From Nitrospinales bacterium (lineage in GTDB: Bacteria > Nitrospinota > Nitrospinia > Nitrospinales > JAJDAT01): a stretch of 64,000 nucleotides of DNA. A program made the translations under genes and the position numbers. The notes under the pieces were generated by a model. That model worked only from the letters and a program-made list of their open reading frames with translations. It was not told the DNA's origin and did no database searches. The stretch is from positions 49,788-113,787 of the forward strand of contig JBHHYO010000001.1 of assembly GCA_046757665.1 (NCBI GenBank), given 5' to 3'. This document shows positions 1 to 7,764 of the stretch, piece after piece. Position 1 is the stretch's first letter; each line of letters opens with the position of its first letter.

Positions 1-2401
1 GGTTCTCGATCTTGACTGGCTTCCGGACCCCGAGGACGAGGATATCCGCCGCATCGACTACAGTTATTCCGGCGGGCACCGCTGGACGCGCTACCGGGAA
101 ATCGAGGTTCACCCGTCGCGCGGGTGCCCTTACACGTGCGATTTTTGCGTAGCCGGCACCGTTTACTACGAAAACATCAACTGGCGTTTTCGCAAGCCGG
201 AACGGATCGTCAATGAGATCGAAACCCTGCGCCGCAAATATCCGCAAATGGAAGGCTGTTTCTTCAACGAAGAAACCCACATCATCAGGAAAAAAAACAT
301 TCTGGAATTTTGCGATGCCCTCATCGCCTCCGGCAACAACGACCTGCATTTCGAGGCCATGGCCAACCACCAGCGGCTGGACGAGGAAATTCTCGAAGCC
401 TTGAAGCGGGCCGGTTACTATAAACTGCGCATCGGCATCGAAAGCGTGGACGAAGCCACCGGGCAAAGCATCGGCCTGGTCAAGACCCGTCCCGACCGCC
501 TGGAAAAGGTTTTGAAAATCGCCGCCAAGCTGGGGATCGAAATGTACGGCACCTTTCTCTTCGGGGCATCCGGTTCCACCCGGGAGGGCGACCGCAAAAC
601 CATCGAGTTCGGACGCAGAGTTATCTCAAAGGGGTTGTTGACCAGTTGGCAGGCATCCATTGCCGTCCCCCACCCGGCAACGCCGTTTTACCGAAAAGCC
701 GTCGAAAACGACTGGCTGGTGACCGACAGCCTGGACCGCTTCAACGGCATCAGCGACACCGTGGTCAGCTATCCCGATTACCCGCGAGAGCAAATCCTGG
801 AAACGGTGAAGGAGATGGGACGGGAGTTTGAAGCCGCGCGGTCTTTCGATACCGTTCGCAGGCATAAATCCGTCGCCCAGGAAAAAACCGCTATCCTCAA
901 AAAAGACGAGGCCGTCGTTAATCGAAAACTGGACGCCCTGGCTCCGTTGTTCCAAAGCGGCGAAAACGAAAAAACCCTGGAAGCCGCAAGAGCCATCCTC
1001 AAGACTTTTCCGCAAGCCCTGACGGCCCGCCACGCGATCGGCTCCGTTTACAAGCGAATGGGGGATTTGGCCGCGGCCCGGCGGGAGTTCGAGTTCATTG
1101 TCGCCACCGCCTTCGATTATGAGGATGCGTTGCAGTATGCCGCCGGCGCGCATTTTCATCTCGGCGTTATCGGCCTGGCGGAAAATAAAATCGAGGAGGC
1201 TCGCCGGCATCTTAAAAACTGTATGCACCTGAACCCGGACCACGAGGAAGCCCGGCGGCACTATTGGATGTTGACGGAAACCGGCGGCCGGTGGCTGAGC
1301 CTCGAGCGCGCACTGCTCGCCTGGAAGCCGGAAGAGAAATGCCATTCCGCCATGATGGCGCTGTTCTCCCTTTGCGCGCCGTTGTTTCGGCTTTGGCTTA
1401 GACCCCCGCCAGCGGTAGCGCCCGCTCGCAAGAGGACACCGCTGGAGTTTAAAGTCCTGCACGAGCCCGCCTCCCGCGGCACGCCCGATGTCTCTGTCGT
1501 TATCCGCGCCTGCAACGAGGCCGAGTTGCTTGCCCAAACCCTGGATGCCGTTACGGAGCAGAAGGGAATCGAAAAAGAAATCATTGTGATCGACTCGCAA
1601 TCCACGGACGCCACGGTGGACATTGCGCGTTCCTTTTCGGCGCGGGTTGTTGAAATCGAAAAAAGCGGCTTCAACTATGCGGCGGCGCTGAACCTGGGTG
1701 TCCGCCTGGCGCGTGGGAAATATGTCGTCAACCTGAGCGCCCATGCCGTGCCGGTGGACACGCGATGGCTGGCGAACCTGATTCAACCCCTGGCCGAGGA
1801 CCCCGAAACGGCGGGAGTGCATGGCCGCGAGTTGCCCATGAGGAACCGGTGCGGCGTATTTGAATGGAAAATCCTTGCCGATTCGTTTCCGGACCGCCGG
1901 CTCGAGAAAAAGAACGATTTCTTTTTTTCCAATGCCAACTCCGCCATGCGCCGGGAGACGCTTGTGGCTTATCCCTTTGACGAATCCGTCGGCTGGGCGG
2001 AGGACCAGTTGTGGGCGGACCGGGTGCAGAAAGCCGGATACAAAACCGTTTACCAACCGGGCGCGGCGGTCTTTCATTCCCACAACCTGACGGCCAAACA
2101 GAACTTCGAGCGGTGCTTGAAATATTATCAAACACTGTTCGCCACCGTTTACCGCGACCGGGCTGTCGAGGTGCGCGGCGCGTTTCGCGCCTCGCTCGCG
2201 GCGCGCGCGGTGTCACTGCGCCGGTTTCTGGTCGAGCGGCGGTTGATGCGGCCGCTTCCGGCGTTCTTTTACGCGCCGTTTTGCGAATACGTCAATTACC
2301 TGGGTTGCGAGATTTCCTGCGCCGCCCGAACCGCCCCGGAAAAAATTTCCGGTATCCGGGAAAACCGTGTCCGGCAACCTCAAAATCAGGCTGTATCGTG
2401 A
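1..2401 (+). CDS. 5'-truncated radical SAM (cobalamin-dependent type) / TPR / GT2 glycosyltransferase fusion protein
   Basis: Frame 2 is open from base 2 (VLDLDWLPDP...HPSRGCPYTCDFC, with CxxxCxxC at 125-148) and continues into the 248..2401 ORF. Radical SAM core (RIGIES), TPR-like helices (AHFHLGVIGLAENKIEEARRHLKNCMHLNPDH), then GT2 motifs (VSVVIRACNE, IDSQSTD, FSNANSA, AEDQLW, VFHSHN). The start lies upstream of the window. Confidence 0.85.
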   Translation, partial: VLDLDWLPDPEDEDIRRIDYSYSGGHRWTRYREIEVHPSRGCPYTCDFCVAGTVYYENINWRFRKPERIVNEIETLRRKYPQMEGCFFNEETHIIRKKNILEFCDALIASGNNDLHFEAMANHQRLDEEILEALKRAGYYKLRIGIESVDEATGQSIGLVKTRPDRLEKVLKIAAKLGIEMYGTFLFGASGSTREGDRKTIEFGRRVISKGLLTSWQASIAVPHPATPFYRKAVENDWLVTDSLDRFNGISDTVVSYPDYPREQILETVKEMGREFEAARSFDTVRRHKSVAQEKTAILKKDEAVVNRKLDALAPLFQSGENEKTLEAARAILKTFPQALTARHAIGSVYKRMGDLAAARREFEFIVATAFDYEDALQYAAGAHFHLGVIGLAENKIEEARRHLKNCMHLNPDHEEARRHYWMLTETGGRWLSLERALLAWKPEEKCHSAMMALFSLCAPLFRLWLRPPPAVAPARKRTPLEFKVLHEPASRGTPDVSVVIRACNEAELLAQTLDAVTEQKGIEKEIIVIDSQSTDATVDIARSFSARVVEIEKSGFNYAAALNLGVRLARGKYVVNLSAHAVPVDTRWLANLIQPLAEDPETAGVHGRELPMRNRCGVFEWKILADSFPDRRLEKKNDFFFSNANSAMRRETLVAYPFDESVGWAEDQLWADRVQKAGYKTVYQPGAAVFHSHNLTAKQNFERCLKYYQTLFATVYRDRAVEVRGAFRASLAARAVSLRRFLVERRLMRPLPAFFYAPFCEYVNYLGCEISCAARTAPEKISGIRENRVRQPQNQAVS

Positions 2402-3363
2402 AAATCAGCGTCATCGTTCCCAATTGGAACGGCATCCGGTTCGTCGGCATGTGCCTGGACTCCCTGGCAAAATCGCAGTTCGATGATTGCGAGGTGATCG
2501 TCGTGGACAACGGCTCCACCGACGGGTCGAGGGAAATGATCCAGGAAAAATACCCCTGGGTGAGGCTGATCGCGCTTCCGCAAAATCTCGGTTTTGCCCG
2601 CGCCTGCAATGAGGGAATCAAGGCCTCGCGGGCCGAATATGTCGTCCTTCTCAACAACGACATCGAAGTAACTCCCCACTGGCTCCGCGAACTTTACGAC
2701 GGCATGGAACGGCATCCGGAATGCGGGATGGGAACCAGCAAGATGATGTTTCTGCACGACCGCGAAACGTTTTACAATGCGGGAGACTTGTTCTACGCCT
2801 GGTCGTCGGGCGGAGGCCGGGGCCAGGGCGAAAAGGATGTTGGACAATATGAACGGGAAGAACACGTTTTCGGCGCCTGCGCCGGAGCCGGGATTTACCG
2901 CCGCGGTTTGTTTCAAACCATCGGCTTGTTTGACGAGGATTTTTTTATCTTCGCCGAGGATGTCGATCTCAATCTGCGCAGTCAACTGCGGGGATTCAAG
3001 TCGGTTTACCTGCCCCGCGCCAAGGTGTACCACATCGGCACGGCCACCGTCGGCCTTTACAGTGACCGGCACATTTATCTTTGCAAGAGGAACGATATTT
3101 TAGTCATGGTCAAAAATTATTCCCTCGCCATGTACTTCAGGCATTTGTTGTCGATCATCAGGCATCAGTTGGCGGACATCGGCTATTTCTCCAGCCGGGG
3201 GCAGGGCGGGGCGCTTTTCAAGAGCAAGTGGCACGCCCTCGCCATGATGCCGAAAATGCTGGCCCGGCGCCGTTCCATTCAGCGTTCCAGAACGGCGCCG
3301 GACTCGGAAGTGGAACAAATGATAATCACCGACCGATGCCATGCCCCGCCGGGCTCAAGTTAA
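2398..3363 (+). CDS. GT2 family glycosyltransferase (WbbL/rhamnosyltransferase-like)
   Basis: GTG start overlaps the upstream TGA (GTGA, 2398-2401). Motifs KISVIVPNWNG, VVDNGSTD, NLGFARACN, LLNNDIE, FDEDFFIFAEDVDL. Confidence 0.9.
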   Translation: MKISVIVPNWNGIRFVGMCLDSLAKSQFDDCEVIVVDNGSTDGSREMIQEKYPWVRLIALPQNLGFARACNEGIKASRAEYVVLLNNDIEVTPHWLRELYDGMERHPECGMGTSKMMFLHDRETFYNAGDLFYAWSSGGGRGQGEKDVGQYEREEHVFGACAGAGIYRRGLFQTIGLFDEDFFIFAEDVDLNLRSQLRGFKSVYLPRAKVYHIGTATVGLYSDRHIYLCKRNDILVMVKNYSLAMYFRHLLSIIRHQLADIGYFSSRGQGGALFKSKWHALAMMPKMLARRRSIQRSRTAPDSEVEQMIITDRCHAPPGSS

Positions 3364-3425
3364 AGGGCTCGGATTCCGTTCAGGAAGAGAAAACCCTTGC
3401 GTTTCCTGGTAGCCGAAATAATATC

Positions 3426-5510
3426 ATGAAGATTCTTTTGCTCTATCCTCCCGACCGGGCGTTCCCGGCGGTTCCCTACGCCAGCCTGCCGGCCCTGGCG
3501 CCCTGTCTGCAACAGGCGGGCCACGAGGTCGTTCTCCGCGACGCTTCCCTGGATGTTTTTCATCGGTTGATGAAGGAGGAAACGCTTTTCCGCTATCTCA
3601 AGACGTATCGGGAGCGGTTGCGCGTTCTGGAAGCGAAAGTTTCCCTGAATCCCGATGAAGCGGAAGAATACAAGGCTCTCGTTCAAACTCTCGCGGTTCC
3701 CGAGGAAGCATTGCGCCGGGTGACCGCTTCCATCCGGATCATGCAAAGCGAGGAGTTTTACAAGCCCGAATCGTTCACGCGGGCCTGGGATGATTTGCGG
3801 AGCGCCATGCGGTTTTATTACGGACCGAACCCCATCGACTCGCCGAATTACCCCGACTTTGCCGACCGGCTCCGCAAAGCGTTAAGCGCCCGGTGGATCG
3901 ACCCCGTTGCCGACGTTTACGGTCAAGGTTACATCGAGAGCCTGTTGCGGGAAACACCCGACCTGATCGGAATCAGCATTCCGTTTATCGTGTCTTATTA
4001 CGAAGCCATGAAGCTGGCGAAACATATCCGTGCCCGAGCCCCACGCATCCCACTGGTGATCGGCGGCTCCCTGATCGACACTTACAAGGACGTTATGGCC
4101 GCCGATCCCGGATTATACGATCTTTTCGATTATGCCATGGTGGGCGAGGGAGAGGAAGCCGTCTGCCGGCTAGCCGCGGCGCTGGAAAACGGCGCCGGCC
4201 TGGATGCGGTGCCCAACCTGTATTACCGGGACGCCGCCGGCGCGGTGAAACATACCGCGAAAAAGTCCGTGGAGGATTTGAACGTGCTTCCGGCTCCGGA
4301 TTTCACGGGACTGCCGCTGGAAAAATATCTTTCGCCCGAACCGATCGCCAGTTTCCAGACTTCGCGTGGGTGTTACTACGGCAAGTGCACGTTTTGCTCC
4401 CTGTCTTTCCGCGATAACTTCCGCCTTCGGGACCCGCGGCGGGTTGTTCAGGATATGATCGACATCCACGCGAGCACGGGCATCAAGACATTTCTTTTGT
4501 GGGATTCCCTGTCGCCACCCAAGACAGTGCGCGCCGTCGCCGGTCAGGTCAGGGACGAGAACCTGGGGTTTCACTGGTTCGCCGAGACCAAGTTTGAAAA
4601 AACGTATCTGAATAAAAAGTTCCTGCAAGACCTTGGAGAGGGCGGATGCCGGTTCCTGCAATTCGGAATGGAGTCGGCCAGCGAGCGCATCCTCGACCTG
4701 ATCGACAAAGGCAACAAGAATGCGGAGATCGACGTCATGCTGGACAACATGGCGGCGGCGGGAATCGGCGCCAGCTTGACCTGGTTCATCGGTTTTCCCA
4801 CGGAAACCGAGGCGGAAGCCGACGCCAGTTACGATTTCATCGAGGCCCGCCGGCACAAGGTGACTCTTTCCGCCTATACCGGAACATATAACCTGTTGCC
4901 CGACCAGCCGTTGTTTTACGACCGGGACAGTTATGGGATCGACATCCATCGCAACGCCGATGGCGGCTATTATTTCACTTACCGGGACGGTTCCGAGCCT
5001 TACGACCGGAGCGAGCGCAACCACGCTTTTCTGGCGCGCGGCGATGCGGAGCTTCTCAAGCATGGCGCATACATTCTTTATTCGACCTATTGCCCGGACC
5101 GTATTCATAAACTGTCGGGCGCGTATCGGGTGGGTCCCCTGGTCCGCGACGTCGAGAACCTTGAGGAAGCGGTGGTGCAACGCACGCCGGAGACGCACAT
5201 CACCGCTTTTGCCAGGGACCCGATCAAGGATTTTAACGCGCCGCCTTCTCCCGTAAAACTGGTTTACCAGTCCATGACCGGGGAGGTTTTTCGGCTTCGG
5301 GGAAGGGAGATGGCCGTCCTTGATGCCGGCGCGGAGCCTGTGTCGCTCGCCGCGATTGGAAAAAGAATCGGCATGGACTGGCGGGAACTGGAGTCCATTG
5401 TTCATACCCTGACGAATCGCGGGTTGCTGAAATTCATTGTGAATGGGAACAGCCCGGACGCGCAAAACCGGGTTCTTGAGAAAATTGAAGCCTGCGTGGA
5501 GTCGCCATGA
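3426..5510 (+). CDS. B12-binding domain radical SAM protein, paralog 1, with C-terminal wHTH/RRE-like domain
   Basis: Start MKILLLYPP at 3426. B12-binding Rossmann motifs (PDLIGISI, PLVIGG, VGEGE), TSRGCYYGKCTFC, QFGMES, FIGFPTET. Confidence 0.88.
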   Translation: MKILLLYPPDRAFPAVPYASLPALAPCLQQAGHEVVLRDASLDVFHRLMKEETLFRYLKTYRERLRVLEAKVSLNPDEAEEYKALVQTLAVPEEALRRVTASIRIMQSEEFYKPESFTRAWDDLRSAMRFYYGPNPIDSPNYPDFADRLRKALSARWIDPVADVYGQGYIESLLRETPDLIGISIPFIVSYYEAMKLAKHIRARAPRIPLVIGGSLIDTYKDVMAADPGLYDLFDYAMVGEGEEAVCRLAAALENGAGLDAVPNLYYRDAAGAVKHTAKKSVEDLNVLPAPDFTGLPLEKYLSPEPIASFQTSRGCYYGKCTFCSLSFRDNFRLRDPRRVVQDMIDIHASTGIKTFLLWDSLSPPKTVRAVAGQVRDENLGFHWFAETKFEKTYLNKKFLQDLGEGGCRFLQFGMESASERILDLIDKGNKNAEIDVMLDNMAAAGIGASLTWFIGFPTETEAEADASYDFIEARRHKVTLSAYTGTYNLLPDQPLFYDRDSYGIDIHRNADGGYYFTYRDGSEPYDRSERNHAFLARGDAELLKHGAYILYSTYCPDRIHKLSGAYRVGPLVRDVENLEEAVVQRTPETHITAFARDPIKDFNAPPSPVKLVYQSMTGEVFRLRGREMAVLDAGAEPVSLAAIGKRIGMDWRELESIVHTLTNRGLLKFIVNGNSPDAQNRVLEKIEACVESP

Positions 5511-7594
5511 AGGTTCTATTGATATACCCGCCGGACAGGGGACTGCCGTCGGCTCCCTACGCCAGCTTGCCCGTCCTGGGCGCCGCCCTGAAACAGGGAG
5601 GCCACGAGGTGGTCCTGCGCGATATCAATCTTGAAGTCTTCCATGCGTTGGTGCGGGAGGAAACAGCGCTCCATTATCGCGAAGCTTTTGCCGGGCGGTT
5701 GCGGGACCTGGAAACCAGGCTGTCGTTGAATCCGCGCGAAGCCGAAGAATACAGCGCTCTCACGCAAATACTCTCCATTCCCGAACAGGCGCTGGGAAAC
5801 ACGTCTTCCGCCATCCGCGTTATGCAAAGTCCCGGCGATTTCTACAACCCCGAAAAATTTAACCGGGCGCACGACGATCTGGCGGACGCCATTCGATTTT
5901 ATTATGGACTGAACCCCCTGGAGTCGGCTGAACTGCCCAATCTGGTTGACCGGCTTTTCGCCGCGTTGGACGACCGGCCGGTCGATCCTGTAGCGGACAT
6001 ATACCGGCAAAAGATTGTTGCGGATATTTTGCGTGAGCAACCCGGCCTGATCGGACTCAGCATCCCGTTCATGATTTCTTACTATGAAACCATGAAGCTT
6101 ATAAAACATATCCGGGAGCAAGCCCCCGCCATTCCCATAGTGATCGGAGGGGTCATGCTGGAAAACCGCATCGACCCCCTGGCAACCGATCCGCGGCTTT
6201 ATCAACTGTTTGATTATGTCATCGTTGGGGAAGGCGATTTGGCTCTATGCGAGCTGGCCGCGGCTTTGGAAACGGGAGGCGATCTGGATTCGGTGTCCAA
6301 CTTGTGTTACCGGTCGTCCGACGGCACGGTGAAGCACACGGAAAAAAAGTCGGTGGAGAATTTAAACGATCTTCCGTCACCGGACTTCACCGAACTGCCG
6401 CTGGAGAAATACCTTTCGCCTGAACCCGTTGCCAGTTTCCAGACTTCGCGGGGATGTTACTATGGCAAGTGCACCTTTTGTTCCCTGTCCTTTCGCGACA
6501 ACTTCCGCCTTAGAGACCCGCGGCTGGTTGTCGAGGACATGATCCATGTTCACGAGGTTACAGGCATCAAAATGTTCCTGTTGTGGGACTCGCTGTCTCC
6601 GCCCAGGACGCTCAAGTATATCGCCCGGGAAATCCGGGAGAAAAATCTGGGGTTCCACTGGTTTGCCGAGACCAAGTTTGAAAAGGTTTTTCTAAAACCC
6701 GAATTTGCGAAAAAACTTTACGAAGGCGGATGCCGCGTTCTCCAGTTGGGGCTGGAGTCCTCCACCCAGCGCATCCTCGACCTGACCGAAAAAGGCAACC
6801 GGATCGAGGACGTGGACATAATGCTGGACAATATAGCGGCGGCGGGAATATTGAGCAGTGTGTTCTGGTTCATCGGATTTCCCGGCGAAACCGGGGAAGA
6901 GGCCCGGCGGACTTATGATTTTATCCAAAGCCGGCGCGCCAAAATCACGCTTTCGCCCTATACCGGGACCTATACCCTACTGCCCGATCAGCCGTTGTTT
7001 CATCAACCCGGCCGCTATGGCATACAAATCCACCGCGATGCAGACAGCGGCAAATACCGGTACACTTACGCGGACGGTTCCCCGCCTTGCGACCTGACGG
7101 AACTGGATTATGCGTTTCAATCCCGCAGTGACGCAAAACTGCTCACCCACGGCGTTTATCTGCCATACGCCGTGAACAATGCGCCGGGACTGAAAAAACT
7201 GACCGGCAACAACCGGCTGGGATTCCTGGCCCTCGAAATCGAAAGTCTGGACGAAGCGGTGGCGCAACGAACACCGGAAACTTATATTTATTCCTTCGCC
7301 AGGGACCCCATCAAGGATTTTGCCGCTCCGCCCCAGCCGGTAAAGCTGGTCTACCAAGCTGTTACGGGAAAAGTTTTTCGTCCGCGAGGCAGGGAGATGG
7401 CGGTTTTGGAAGCGATGCGTCAACCCACGCCGCTGTATTTGTTGACGGAAATCCTCGACATGGACTGGGAGGAGATCAAGCAAATTGTCGAAAAACTTTC
7501 CAACCGGGGGCTGATCAAATTCCTGGTCGGTTTATCCGCTTACCAGGACTGCGGCAGACCGGATGAGGCTTTTTCCGAAATGGTTCAGCCGTGA
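5507..7594 (+). CDS. B12-binding domain radical SAM protein, paralog 2, with C-terminal wHTH/RRE-like domain
   Basis: ATGA overlap with paralog 1. Same motifs (PGLIGLSI, VGEGD, TSRGCYYGKCTFC, QLGLES, FIGFPGET) and collinear with paralog 1 over its full length. Confidence 0.88.
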   Translation: MKVLLIYPPDRGLPSAPYASLPVLGAALKQGGHEVVLRDINLEVFHALVREETALHYREAFAGRLRDLETRLSLNPREAEEYSALTQILSIPEQALGNTSSAIRVMQSPGDFYNPEKFNRAHDDLADAIRFYYGLNPLESAELPNLVDRLFAALDDRPVDPVADIYRQKIVADILREQPGLIGLSIPFMISYYETMKLIKHIREQAPAIPIVIGGVMLENRIDPLATDPRLYQLFDYVIVGEGDLALCELAAALETGGDLDSVSNLCYRSSDGTVKHTEKKSVENLNDLPSPDFTELPLEKYLSPEPVASFQTSRGCYYGKCTFCSLSFRDNFRLRDPRLVVEDMIHVHEVTGIKMFLLWDSLSPPRTLKYIAREIREKNLGFHWFAETKFEKVFLKPEFAKKLYEGGCRVLQLGLESSTQRILDLTEKGNRIEDVDIMLDNIAAAGILSSVFWFIGFPGETGEEARRTYDFIQSRRAKITLSPYTGTYTLLPDQPLFHQPGRYGIQIHRDADSGKYRYTYADGSPPCDLTELDYAFQSRSDAKLLTHGVYLPYAVNNAPGLKKLTGNNRLGFLALEIESLDEAVAQRTPETYIYSFARDPIKDFAAPPQPVKLVYQAVTGKVFRPRGREMAVLEAMRQPTPLYLLTEILDMDWEEIKQIVEKLSNRGLIKFLVGLSAYQDCGRPDEAFSEMVQP

Positions 7595-7764
7595 TTCAAT
7601 CGGCAATGACGGGTACGCTCGTGCCATGATTTCCTGGTTCTTCTCCGCCGCGTGGTTCTTATGAAATTACTTTGAATTATTTTCCGGTTTATGTTTAGAT
7701 GCAAGGCAGAAGCTGACCGGAAAAAAAGTTTGATTCCTCCAGAAACCTCCTAACCGCTTCAAAA

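Noticed and set aside
626-2131. Long antisense ORFs (626..2131, 4170..5465, 26431..27816, 34681..36201, 52857..54101, 54768..56024 and others)
   Set aside because: They are shadow ORFs opposite well-supported genes in GC-rich DNA and contain no recognisable motifs.
2011-3425. Upstream extensions of ORFs 2011..3363 and 3081..5510
   Set aside because: They overlap real genes in other frames. Family-typical N-termini begin at 2398 and 3426.
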